A program made the position numbers and the translations under genes. Of a DNA stretch of 64,000 bases, positions 37,712 through 49,615 are shown piece after piece. The stretch is from positions 58,404,001-58,468,000 of the forward strand of contig NC_058376.1 in NCBI RefSeq assembly GCF_018350175.1, written 5' to 3'. This stretch comes from Felis catus. Its lineage: Eukaryota. Numbering within the stretch: position 1 is the stretch's first letter; every line of letters starts with the position of its first letter. The notes below the pieces were generated by a model, which did not search any database, was not told the origin of the DNA, and saw nothing but the letters and a program-made list of their open reading frames with translations.

Positions 37712-38104
37712 ATATTTATTTTTTTATTATTTTTTTAAATATGAAATGTATTGTCAAATTGGTTTCCATACAACACCCAGTGCTCATCCCAACAGATGCC
37801 CTCCTCAATGCCCAACCCCCCCCCCCTCCCCACTCACCATCAACCCTCAGTTTATTCTCAGTTTTTGAGAGTCTCTTATGTTTTGGCTGCCTCCCTCTCT
37901 AACTTTTTTTTTTTTTTCCCTTCCCCTCGCCCATGGTCTTCTGTTAAGTTTCTCAGGATCCACATAAGAGTGAAAACATATGGTATCTGTCTTTCTCCGT
38001 ATAACTTATTTCACTTAGCATAACACTCTCCAGTTCCATCCACGTTGCTACAAAAGGCCAGATGTCATTCTTTCTCATTGCCACATCGTATTCCATTGTG
38101 TATG
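37712..38104 (-). mobile_element. 5'-truncated carnivore L1 3' end
   Basis: ggtttccatacaacacccagtgctcatcccaaca... and tttcacttagcataacactctccagttccatccacgttgc motifs of the L1 3' region. Confidence 0.85.
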
Positions 38105-41100
38105 GTAAACAACAGTGGTGCAGCAGCGGGTACAGGAAATTACCCAAAAAGGAACCACTTCGATTCTAAGAACCAAGCATTACACATTCAGTTCTGGACA
38201 CTTAACACAGTGACAGGCAAAAATTTAATTTATTTTTATTTGCTCGCCCAGTTGCTTTTTACTAAAATGGCTTCCAAAGGTAGAGAATGAGCATGGTTCC
38301 CCTAACTATGCCAAATGAGGAGGACAGCATCACTGTAGAGCATTCCTGGCAGGGGGTTATTCGTGGCCATGATTATCTTCCATTCTTACTTCACGTAGAC
38401 CTGACTCAGTGGTAATACCAATCACAGATAACCAATCACCATGGTCAGAAATTACTAATAGTATTTATTCCATATGACTGTCTGATCCTTTGAATGTCAA
38501 AAAAAAAAAAAAATGAAGCCCAAGTGGAAGATACTTGTAAAAGGTCTAGTGTAAAAAAGAAAGAGAGAAACAAACATTTTTCTTCTGTACCACCATCTAC
38601 TTTAAAAAGTTCATGCTACCCTAAGATAAGCTTGTATCCACTATTATAATGGAAAATAATATGATAAGCATCAGGCAAATGGGTAATAAGAAACTAATGT
38701 TTGGAATGTATATTACGACACCACATCCTTAATGAGAACTTTTTGAGGTTAGGTAGCGAGAGAAAGCAAAGACTAAAACATTTTCTCTTTGTGTGATTGT
38801 TTTTAAGTTATGTATGAAAATCCCCTAAAATGATATGTATATTAAAGAGGTAATTCCATGCTGAAATTCGAGTGACATAAACCTGGTCTTGTGGTTTATT
38901 ATGTCACAAAAAGCCATTTGTAGAATTATAGAACTACTCAGAGTTGTGGGGACACTGGCCTTTCCCTTTTTGTTGAGACAAAAAGGGACATTTTTGTGTC
39001 TGCCAGAGAGTTACTTGAGTCACATAATGTTTTTGCTTTTTCAGCATCATTACTTACACCATAAACAAACAAAAAGCTAAGAAAACAGGTCTTGGGTCAT
39101 AGAAAACAGCAGCTGAGAGTCAATTCTGCATAAAACCTCTACTCTGCTAAAATTACTGACTTGACTTATACCATGCAGATCCCTGCATACCGCTGCAATG
39201 ATATGTTATTATCACAATTGCTATTACTAATTTCCTAAGCCCTGACCTTGTGCTCATACTTGGAGAAAATGTTGAGGAACTTGATCCCTCATTATGGCTT
39301 AAATACCAGCCGTGTGCATGGGTGGTGGGGAGCAAGACTGAGTATGGGGTTGAGAGCAATCCACGGCTGAACTTGGCTTTAAGGGATGCTTTCATCCAAA
39401 TTCCGCATGCTTCTAATTTCTTCAGTTTAGGCAAAGGTTGGTATTCTGCTTTCTTCCCCAGTATGTCAACACCCAGTGTATGCATTTTATTCTCGGGAGT
39501 TCTTTCAGAAGAGATCCAGACAACCAAAGTGATCGCAGGGGAGGGCAGCCATGTGTCAAAGGGACTGGATATGTCAAACCATGTGAACGATGGTCAGGAG
39601 GGGTTAGAGGGCTTGTGTTCTTGTAATACTCAAGGAGCTACTGACTAGAGAAAAATTAGACCCCTTATAAGGAGTAATAATTTGCTTAAGCTGAAAAAGT
39701 ACTTGAGAAGATCCATTGAAAATAAATAATCTGGTTCTTCACTTAGTGGTAGTGGTAGTGCACTGACAGCAGTCCTGGAAAAGTTTTGTGTGTCTTTATG
39801 GAGAATTTTGTTTTGCTTCTGTTGGTTTTGTTTCGGTCTGGTTTTGTTTACTTATTTCTCGTATGACATTGTTCTTAGCTTTTCTTTCTTCCTTTTTTTT
39901 TTTTGTTTTTGCCTTTGCCTATGAGTGACTATTCTGAAAAGCACCAAAAACCCCAAATCTGCTATTTGGATGCTTTTACCCTTGATGGAAGCTTTTTTTT
40001 TTTTCTTTACGTATATGGTTTTTGCCAAAGTCGGTCAGTTAAAAGAGGTCTTCGGTTGATAAAATAGAACATTACTAAGTGGGAAAGGCAGTCAAAACTA
40101 GTCATCTGTATACCATTAATGGCCCAATGACTCATATCACCAGCATCTGTACAGCATTGACATCGAAAGTTATGCCTGCCTTTTAAGGAAGGTCCGAAGT
40201 TGAGGCAATGGCAGGACACATTGCTCCTCTTGTAACTTTGAGAGGCTTGAGAAAGCAAAGATGAGTGTTGTGCTATAGGTAATGCAGGATAAAGCTTATC
40301 TCCAGTGACTTCAGACTCTCCTCCTATACGGCAGGTGCTACACCAGACGGCATTTCATTTGCTGACATTTGGGTATACCACGGATGCCATGGTATCGACA
40401 AGCCTAGACTTCTCCCTACATTCCTGTTGCAGTGGCCTTTGCTCGTCACTCTAGGTGCAATCCTCATGGGACATAAAAGCAAAACTGGTGATGACATGGT
40501 AGGACACAGCAGAGAAGTTTTGCTGAATCAAAATGGTTTACACATCAAGGAAATATTAAACTCAAGAATAGTAAAAGTGGAACCATAGAGAACAAGTAGG
40601 TACCCATGGATACAAATTATTTTTTAAACAAAATAAAGTTTTGCTTTAAAAGTATAAAGTAGCTTTAAAAGTATAAAAGGAGAGCTTAAAAAAAAAAATA
40701 GGTGACTGTAGGTGCCTAAAAGTTATGAAGACAGGAAGTGGTAAATGTTAACATGTACTTTCTGTCAAATGTTTTCAGAAAATTGAGTTTCTTTGGAGCA
40801 GAAGTTAAGACATTTATGGAATACTGCCAAATAGGCAGATTTAAATATAATTGGCAGAAAAAATTATAAATATTTATATATATATAAATATATATATATA
40901 TTTATATTTATATATATGCCTGAAAAAATTATAAAATAAGAACGAACAGAAATATTTAAAGACAGGTAACTGTTTTAAAACTTGCCCCCAGGATATGCCC
41001 AAATTACAGATACATGAAAAACCATGGGCTGAAAATATTTGTTTCTAACCGAGTTATTTCCAACCAATTCATGTGGATAGGTTTCATGTAGCTCAAGGTC

Positions 41101-41231
41101 ATACTTAGGCCAGTAATTGGAAGCTGTAGAAAGACAGATTTTGATTCAAGTTAAGTATCAACATTCTAAGAATGTTGTCCGGTCGATGAAGAAATGGATA
41201 CAATAAGTTTTCTGTATCTAACAATGTTCAG

Positions 41232-41249
41232 GCACACGCTGGACGAAAA
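41232..41249 (+). CDS. PHLDB2: Candidate 18-nt microexon (R-HTLDE-N)
   Basis: ttttctgtatctaacaatgttcag|GCACACGCTGGACGAAAA|gtgagt; phase 2/2, no stop. Confidence 0.55.
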
Positions 41250-41582
41250 GTGAGTATGTTGTAGAAAGAACTGTAGGGTAGATGGAGATTAGACTCTTGG
41301 TGAGGGCTTTTTTGGTTTTTTTTAATTGATGAGTTTTTAAGACCTGAGACGTAGTGCACAAATTATTTATTTCCAAATAAACTGGAGACATAAGACATAT
41401 ATATCTGATGTCACAGAGAACACGATAGAATATAAACATGATTTTGTGCTGTTCTAGGGCCTGATGTTTGTCCGGGGCTTTCTCAGTTGAACTGACAAAG
41501 TGTGCCCCTTTAACATCTGTGAGGTTGACTATTCTTAATAAGGAGGAATACAAATTCTTGCACAAAAATTTAAAGATTTTTT

Positions 41583-41795
41583 GGGGCGCCTGGGTGGCTC
41601 AGTCGGTTAAGCGTCCGACTTCAGCTCAGGTCATGATCTCACAGTCCATGAGTTCAAGCCCTGCATCAGGCTCTGTGCTGCCAGCTCAGAGCCTGGAGCC
41701 TGCTTTTGATTCTGTGTCTCCTTCTCTCTCTGCCCCCCCCCCCAGCTGTGCTCTGTCTCTCTCTGTCTCTCAAAAATAAATAAACATTAAAAATT
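41583..41795 (+). mobile_element. Can-SINE
   Basis: Consensus head and tail. Confidence 0.92.
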
Positions 41796-42064
41796 TTTTT
41801 TTCTTTAATCCTTGCTGGTCGAAGAGAATAGAATTTACCCTTTTGTACCTCTCACAACAGTTCATGGAAATAATGAGGAGAAATTGCCATGTTTTTGTCC
41901 TTGTCAGGAGAACACTCCTGGCTAAAAATGGGCCCAAAGTAACCCTGCAAAGTACAGAGATTAGTTAACTTCTAAGGATACAGCATTCCTTAGGCTGTCC
42001 CTTTCCTGGATGAATGCATTTTGTAATAGGACCGGAAGACCTGATTTTTTTTTCCTAAAAGATA

Positions 42065-42930
42065 ATTTTTTAGAGCAGTTTTTGGTTCACAGCAAAACTG
42101 AGCGGAAGATACAGAGATCCCTGTCCCTGCACATACATAGCCTCCCCCATTGTCAACATTCCCCATCAGAGTGGTACATTTATTACAGTTAATGAACCTA
42201 TATTGAGGGGCGCCTGGGTGGTTTTGGTGAGGCATCCAACTTCAGCTCAGGTCAGATCTCACAGTTCGTGGGTTCAAACCCCACGTCGAACTCTGTGCTG
42301 ACAGCTCAGAGCCTGGAGCCTGCTTCGGATTCTGTGCCTCCCTCTCTCTCTTCCCCTCCCCCACTCATACTCTGTGTCTCTTTCTCTATCAAAAATAAAT
42401 AAACATTAAAAAAAATTTTTTTCATGAACCTATGTTGACACATCATTGTCACCCAGGGTCCATAGCTTACAACAGGGTTCACCTTTGATGTTGTGCATTC
42501 TGTGGATTTGAACAAATGTATAATGTCACATATGCATCATTAATTACAGTGTCATACAGAGGGCTTTCATTGCCCTAAAAATCCTCTGTGCTCTGCATAT
42601 TCATCCTTCCCTCCCTCCCACCTGCCACTTCAAACCGTTGGNNNNNNNNNNNNNNNNNNNNNNNNNNNNNNNNNNNNNNNNNNNNNNNNNNNNNNNNNNN
42701 NNNNNNNNNNNNNNNNNNNNNNNNNNNNNNNNNNNNNNNNNNNNNNNNNNNNNNNNNNNNNNNNNNNNNNNNNNNNNNNNNNNNNNNNNNNNNNNNNNNN
42801 NNNNNNNNNNNNNNNNNNNNNNNNNNNNNNNNNNNNNNNNNNNNNNNNNATTTAGTTATTCATTTTTCTACTGAAGGATATCTTGGTTGCTTCCAAATTT
42901 TGGCAATTATGAACAAAGCTGCTATAGAGC
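42065..42930 (-). mobile_element. Older L1 (L1MB/Carnivora-like) 3' fragment containing a Can-SINE (42207-42422, +) and N-gap 42642-42849
   Basis: L1 3' UTR motifs; atgaacctat(a/g)ttga TSD around the SINE. Confidence 0.75.
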
Positions 42931-43099
42931 TGCTATTTCTGACTTTAAGATAAACTGTATGTATGACGTTGCTGTGGTCATTGATCTCTAGAAAGGAATT
43001 TAGCCCTATGCTTGAAACAACCTAGATTTGAGTTGATCAACAATATAGTTTGGGGAGATATACTAAAAATTATCCTTTTCATTTTCATATGAATTTAAC

Positions 43100-43311
43100 T
43101 TTTTAATATTTATTTATTTTTGAGAAAGAGAGAGAGAGACAGAGTGCGAGCTGAGAGGGGCGGAGAGAGGAGAGGGAGACACAGAATGTGAAGCAGGTTC
43201 CAGGCTCTGAGCTGTCAGCAGAGCCCAATGCGAGGCTCGAACCCACGAACCGCGAGATCATGACCTGAGCTGAAGGTGGATGCTCAACCGACCGAGCCAC
43301 CCAGGTGCCCC
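43100..43311 (-). mobile_element. Can-SINE
   Basis: Reverse consensus; tatgaatt on both flanks. Confidence 0.9.
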
Positions 43312-43880
43312 TTATGAATTCATTTTTATATAAATGCATCTGACATGAATCCCTACTATGTGCCAATCTCTATGCTATGGAAGATACAGGCACAAAAGCG
43401 TCTCTGTCCCCAAGAGAGTCTAGAAAAGAAGACCTATATTCAATGGCTATACAAGGATACATGCATAGGAAATAACACTGGTTCTCTATGGCTGGAATAT
43501 CAGAGTAAATAAGTTTTGACCTAGGTCATGCCCTTGTTTCCAGAACACTCAAATAAAACGTCAGTAAGGGAAAAATAACATTTTTTGGTTTGCGTTAAAC
43601 ATTTCCAAGTTCTTCTATTTCTCTTTTAGTTACTTACCCTAACTGTTCTTGCAGCTTTTACTCCTTAAGGTTTTTGCCTTCACTTGTTTGCATGATGTCT
43701 TTCTAGAGATGCATTGCTTATAAATTCTCCGATTAAAAAAAAAGATGCATTTCTTTTGAAGCTCTTGAATCTTTTCATAGCGTTTCCTCATCGGTATATG
43801 GTGGATGAGTATTGGGTATCATTGACAAAACTAGCCACCCACCACCCTTCTGTTGCACCTACAAGAAAAGTCTTTTTTTA

Positions 43881-44103
43881 TTTATTTTATTTTATTTTTT
43901 TAACATTTTATTTTATTTTTGGGACAGAGAGAGACAGAGCATGAACGGGGGAGGGGCAGAGAGAGGGAGACACAGAATCGGAAACAAGCTCCAGGCTCTG
44001 AGCCATCAGCCCAGAGCCCGACGCGGGGCTCGAACCCACGGACCGCGAGATCGTGACCTGGCTGAAGTCGGACGCTTAACCGACTGCGCCACCCAGGCGC
44101 CCC
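43881..44103 (-). mobile_element. Young Can-SINE
   Basis: TSD GAAAAGTCTTTTTTTA at 43865-43880 and 44104-44119. Confidence 0.94.
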
Positions 44104-44150
44104 GAAAAGTCTTTTTTTAATTGGCATCGTCCTGTAAGAAATAAAATGTC

Positions 44151-44452
44151 GAGGCACCTGGGTGGCTCAGTCCGTTAAGCGTCTGACTTTGGCTCAGGTC
44201 ACGATCTCACGGTTTGTGAGTTCCAGCTCCACATCAGGCTCTGTGTTGTCGGCATGGAGCTTGCTTTGGATCCTCTGTCCCCCTCTCTCTGCCCCTCCAC
44301 CCTCCCTCAAAAATAAACATTAAAAAAAGAAGAAATAAAATGTCACATGTATGTATTTTTTTAGTAATCTCTATACCCGATGTGGAGCTTGAACCCATGA
44401 CCCCGAGATCAAGAATCACACACTCTTCTAACTGAGCCAGCCAGGCGCCCTC
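44151..44452. mobile_element. Can-SINE (44151-44329, +) followed by a short older SINE (about 44355-44452, -)
   Basis: TSD AAGAAATAAAATGTC at 44136-44150 and 44330-44344 for the first element. Confidence 0.88.
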
Positions 44453-44982
44453 CAAAATGTCCACGTGTATAGAGGCACAGCAAAAAGGCAGCTGGGAACA
44501 CATATTTCCAAACCAGATAAAGTGTCTTCAAACCTTAGGTATCATCTGCATAGGACTCTGTAGATAGTCTTATTGGTCTGGTATCTCTGAATGTTTAAAT
44601 TAAAAAGAAGGCCTCCCACAGTCCATTAATTTTTAGACCTTGAAAAAAGTATTTTGAGAACACACTTTGTAAGATTTAGTTTGCGTTTATTTATTTATGA
44701 GTAAAGCACTCTACTTTGGTATTATTTTCCTTGCCTATATTTTGTCTCCTAAACCGAGATAAGCCAATGTCACCTACAGTTTTCAGACCTGAACTGAGTT
44801 TCCTTTTCAGGCCAATGACTCTCCTAAGTAACATCCTTTAAATTACATTGGATTGCATCGTTCACCATCCTGGAACCTGTGAGCGGGTGTGCGTGTGCAC
44901 ATCTGCGTGGGTACTTAAAGAGACATCCCTCCCAAACAATATTCTTGAAAGGGTATTTTGTGTTCTGCTATGTTCTATTCAG

Positions 44983-45073
44983 TGCCAGCACTTCAAATAT
45001 TGCCAGAATAGAAGAAATGGAGAGACTTTTGAAGCAGGCGCATGCGGAGAAGACTCGGCTGCTTGAATCCAGG
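44983..45073 (+). CDS. PHLDB2: PHLDB2 exon ~14 (ASTSNIARIEEMERLLKQAHAEKTRLLESR)
   Basis: ttctattcag / gtaggt, 91 nt, phase 2/0. Confidence 0.97.
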
Positions 45074-45980
45074 GTAGGTACAATATCTTTCCACCAGAGG
45101 TCAATGAGCTCATGGTTCAAGCTGTCCTGCACCTGACAGGAAACCGTCCTTGGGCCTTATTAACCAGTATAATCTTGGAGTCGTCACTCAACCTTTTTGG
45201 TCTCATTTTTGTTACCTGAAAAGTAAGGGTGTTAGGATTTCTTGGCCTCCTGACCCCACTACAATATTTTGTAATTTAAAATAGGTATAGTGTCAACGTA
45301 GACCGAAATGAATGCTTTGTATTGAATTTTCCCTTTGATGGCCACTGTGGTTGCCTGCCAAAGAACAAGGAGGAATGTCATGTCTTTATGTTTTCTCTCT
45401 TCCTTGCCAGCTTGTGTGAACTGTGCTATTGTAATATTTAAAATCCCACGTTATTGTGACTGCATTTCAAGCCAGAATCTGAACTTCCTTAGGAATCCCC
45501 CCAAATGCCTTTGCATCCTGCCTTAAAGGGCCCCTCCTTTCCTCTTCCGACTTCCCCGTGGGCTTCCTCTGCTACCTCCAGCCAGGAAGCTGCAAAGCAA
45601 CAAAGAAACCAGAGGGACCCATGGCCTTCAGTTAGAAGATGGCCACTGAAAGGAGGGCTCAAGGTCATGACTAGTGTTGGGTGACCAGTTTGATCCTTTG
45701 TTTTAAAAATGCGAGGGTTGTAGTCACCAGCATGAAATGACTGAGTTCCACAGCTGGATGTTCACTTAATATTCAGTTGTTAACTAAATGTCATGGTTGC
45801 CTTTCTGCGTGGGATGATTTAAAAAACTATGTGAGGGGTGATTCTAGTCTAGGTGATATATTGTAAGAGCCCAGGCTATAAAGCCAACAATTGTCTAGGG
45901 AGAATTTTCTTTTCCATTAGTTGGAATCATCCAAGTATAACCAGTATATCTTAAAATTTGTTCGGAATAATGGTATTTAG

Positions 45981-46127
45981 GAACGGGAAATGGAAGCCAA
46001 GAAACGAGCTCTGGAAGAAGAAAAACGACGCCGAGAACTCCTGGAAAAACGATTGCAGGAAGAAACTAGCCAGCGGCAGAAGTTAATTGAAAAGGAAGTA
46101 AAAATAAGAGAGAAACAAAGGGCACAG
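45981..46127 (+). CDS. PHLDB2: PHLDB2 exon ~15 (EREMEAKKRALEEEK...REKQRAQ), coiled coil
   Basis: gtatttag / gttggt, 147 nt, phase 0/0. Confidence 0.97.
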
Positions 46128-46158
46128 GTTGGTCGGTCAGTCTGGATGGATTAGAATA

Positions 46159-46177
46159 GGTTGCCCCCTGCTGGTCA
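46159..46177 (-). promoter_or_regulatory. CTCF consensus motif
   Basis: Minus strand reads TGACCAGCAGGGGGCAACC, matching the CCAGCAGGGGGC core. Confidence 0.6.
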
Positions 46178-46318
46178 TTGTTTAGAAGACAGTCATGCTG
46201 TGTCAGGATGGCTTTCTTGGCACTGTGCTCAGCAGCCCTTCTTGACATGTAACTGCCGGGACAGAAACAAACAAACAAACAAACAAACAAAATATATGCT
46301 TATCTCAAAACTCATTGA

Positions 46319-46513
46319 GGGGCACCTGGGTGGTGCAGTTGGTTAAGTGTCCCATTTCGGCTCAGGTCATGATCTCATGGTTTGAGAGTTTGAGCCCCAC
46401 ATTGGGCTCTCAGAGCCTGCTTTGTTTGGATCCTCTGTCTCCCTCTCTCTCTTCCCCTCCCCCCCTTTCTCTCTCATGCGTGGTGTCTCTCAAAAATAAG
46501 TAAACATTTAAAA
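46319..46513 (+). mobile_element. Can-SINE
   Basis: TSD AAAACTCATTGAG on both sides. Confidence 0.9.
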
Positions 46514-48146
46514 AAAACTCATTGAGACCTACTACTCAAATGATACTTTGGTCACGCATAGAACAATTCGGCGGGAGAGGCAGTTTTTCTTCTGCCCATT
46601 TTTGGGAGTATATTTAAAAGGACCATGTTTTTCCAAGCAGCTTTGAAAAATGCTGCCAGATACTGAAAACAAATACAACACCCAAACTAAAACCTTTGGT
46701 TGAGGAAGAGAAAAGCTTCTATGAAGCCATTTTTGGAAGCAAATACTCCAGAACAAAATAATTTTACCAACCCAATTTCTTGGTAGTTTTTTTTTCCTAA
46801 CCACTGTATTGTCACACATATCCCCTTTGCTACAGCCGTCCACACATGTGTGCAAGGTTACTGAACTCCAGCAAAACTCAGGAAAATCACCCATTTCCTT
46901 TCACTTCCTATCCCGCTTATCATAGAGTTTGAGTCTTTGCAACTAAAAAGCTGCTTCTATAATGTAGGTCGGCTGAGGAACTAAAATAAAGTCTTGTGAG
47001 GTGCCAATTATTTCAAGTTCAAACCCATTTTACCAAGTTTTACTAGACTTCATAAAAAGTACCGTTCCTCTTATTCTTCGTAGTTGCTGGCAGTTTGGTA
47101 GCATGGCAGTGAGAGACCCATCTTGGAGACTCTGTGCTTTTGAGGTATCAGGAAGTCTCTGGCATCTGTCTAAATTTAGTCAAAGTACCACAGACTCAAA
47201 GGCAAAATATTGCAGGAAAATTTCAAAGTAAAACTTGTTCATTTTATTTCATCATGCCTATCCTTTGCCAAATTATGATTCACGGTGAAGTGAAAGTCAT
47301 CCCTGGCTATTTGGTATTCGAAGCCAATCCAAAAAAGTACAATTCTCTATTTGAATACTAATTATAAGGTTTTCCTCCAAGTATATATTTAGGTCATTTT
47401 CCCCAGGGCAGAGGGATGGGGTTATTAACAGAATACAGTCAAACCCCATTTTGGAAATGTGACCCATGGTGATACGTGCTTCCTAGATTAGACAAACTTC
47501 TCTACTCCAGCCATAGTAAAATAAAAGACATCCACATACATCTTTTCCATATCTGCTCATTGGATGGCTCATTGAGTACGGCTTTGATTCCACATCTCAC
47601 CTTATTTTAGCTTCACTTCTCAAAACATACATCTCTGCCTTCAATTTCTACCAGAGGGTGTGTATCAGCCAACATGTATAGCTTTAGGGGATCTCGCAGG
47701 GCCGGGGGGGGGGGGGGGGGGGGCAGGTATACTTACTAAATACTGTTCACCAGTCATGTCATGTCTGAGATTATTTAAGAACTAATGTTAGGTGGTGATA
47801 AGGAGAGGCCCAGGGAACTTCGTGCCTCATTTCCCTGTGTTTTGAAGTGTGATATGCCTCTTGTAAAACTAAGGTTAATGACGTTTTTCCATTTTCTCAT
47901 CTGCCCTTCTCAAGGAGTAGAACCTGTCCACCTGAGTTTATCCCTCCCCCTCCCCCGCATATTGTAGCATCCTTCTGAAAACGCTATGCATTTTTTAAAC
48001 TCCAAAGAATAATGTTTATCTTCAGTTCTCATAATCACATGAACACTTGAATGCTTAGGCTTTCCAGTTCATGTCCACTCAAATAACTGTGACCTTAAAC
48101 GAAATAAGTACTTAGCTATATATGACACGGGGTTGTGCTTTTCCAG

Positions 48147-48366
48147 GCCCGACCTTTGACACGCTATCTGCCCGTCCGGAAGGAAGACTTTGATTTGCGA
48201 AGCCACGTAGAGACTGCCGGCCACAATATCGATACCTGTTATCATGTATCGATCACAGAGAAGACCTGCCGAGGATTCCTTATCAAAATGGGTGGAAAAA
48301 TTAAAACTTGGAAAAAACGATGGTTTGTGTTTGATCGGAACAAGCGCACATTCTCTTATTATGCAG
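48147..48366 (+). CDS. PHLDB2: PHLDB2 exon ~16, start of PH domain (CRGFLIKMGGKIKTWKKRWFVFD)
   Basis: ttttccag / gtgagt, 220 nt, phase 0/1; PH beta1-beta2 basic motif. Confidence 0.98.
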
Positions 48367-48570
48367 GTGAGTGATAAAAAACTCTTAAGTGATATATTCA
48401 AATCAGGAACTCTCTGCTAAAGAGCAAAGGTAATAAAAGTCAGTATAAATATGTTGATTGGTAACTAATAGAATTAAGGGTGATATTAGCTTTGTAGGTC
48501 TATATTATTTTATATTAGGGTTGTATAGTCCCCATGATATGTATGATTTCCTCCCTAGAAATAAAAATTT

Positions 48571-48992
48571 GGGGCACCTGAGTGGCTTAGTCAGTTGGGC
48601 ATCCGTCCGACTTTGGCGTGGGTCATGATTTCAAGGTTCAAGGGTTCGAGCCCTGCATTGGGCTCTGTGCTGATAGCTCAGAGCCTGGAGTCTGCTTTGG
48701 ATTCTCTCTCTCTGCTTCTCTCTCTCTCTCTCTCTCAAAAATAAATAAACGTTAAAAAAAATTTTTAGGGGCACCTGGGTGGCTCAGTCGGTTGAGCGTC
48801 TGACTTTGGCTCAGGTCAGGATCTCTCAGTTTGTGAGTTCGAGCCCTGCGTCGGGTTCTGTGCTGACAGCTCAGAGCCTGGAGCCTGCTTCAGATTCTGT
48901 GTCTCCCTCTCTCTGCCCCTTCCCCACTCATGCTCTGTCTCTCTCTGTCTCTCAAAAATGAATGAACGTTAAAAAAATTTTTTTTAATTTTT
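48571..48992 (+). mobile_element. Head-to-tail Can-SINE pair (48571-48766, 48768-48992)
   Basis: Two heads joined by taaaaaaaatttttagggg. Confidence 0.9.
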
Positions 48993-49411
48993 AAAGAAAT
49001 AATAAAAATGATCTATTATTTTAAAAGTGTGAATTAGTCTGTTCGGGTTCTGAAATAACCTGAAGTCGGAACAAATATTAAATGGAATGTATCCTTTTAG
49101 ACCAAAATATTGACTTTTATACCACAAAGCCAGAAAAAAGGTTCCTGTTTATTTATTTATGGCCATATGCCCTATTTAAGTCACAGACAATTAGGCAGCC
49201 TTAGCTGACAGACATCCAGCTACAGTTTGTAAATTAGAATGTTATTTAAGCCGAGAGTCAAGCTCATCAGTGAACAAGTGACCAAGTATTTATTAACTGA
49301 CTGAAATATTTTTGGATTGCTTAAATGATGGATTGTGAGAAACATACCCACCTGAGTCTTCAAAAAAATACAGGAATATTTATGTAGCTGCTGTACTTAC
49401 TAAAAAGTCTC

Positions 49412-49580
49412 GGGGCACCTGGATGGCTCAGTCCATTAAGTGTCCAACTCTTGATTTCAGCTCAGGTCGTGATCTCAAGGTCGTGAGCTGGAGCCCTGTT
49501 CTGCATTGAACGTGGAGCCTGCTTAGGCTCTCTCTTCCCCCCCCCCCACCCCTCTCTCTGTCAAAAAAAAAAAAAAAAGG

Positions 49581-49611
<31 letters not shown>

Positions 49612-49615
49612 GAAA
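49412..49615 (+). mobile_element. Can-SINE (older subtype)
   Basis: Head, shortened body, A/GAAAA tail. Confidence 0.85.

Noticed and set aside
39153-39648. Overlapping 124-132 aa ORFs on both strands
   Set aside because: No flanking splice signals matching intron phase and no recognisable domain; consistent with chance.
40433-40498. 66-nt AG-GT segment with good splice sites
   Set aside because: Open only in phase 0; in the host phase-2 intron it reads into TAG, so at most a poison exon with no further support.
44811-44827. 17-nt AG-GT segment before exon 14
   Set aside because: Not a multiple of 3; likely a decoy.
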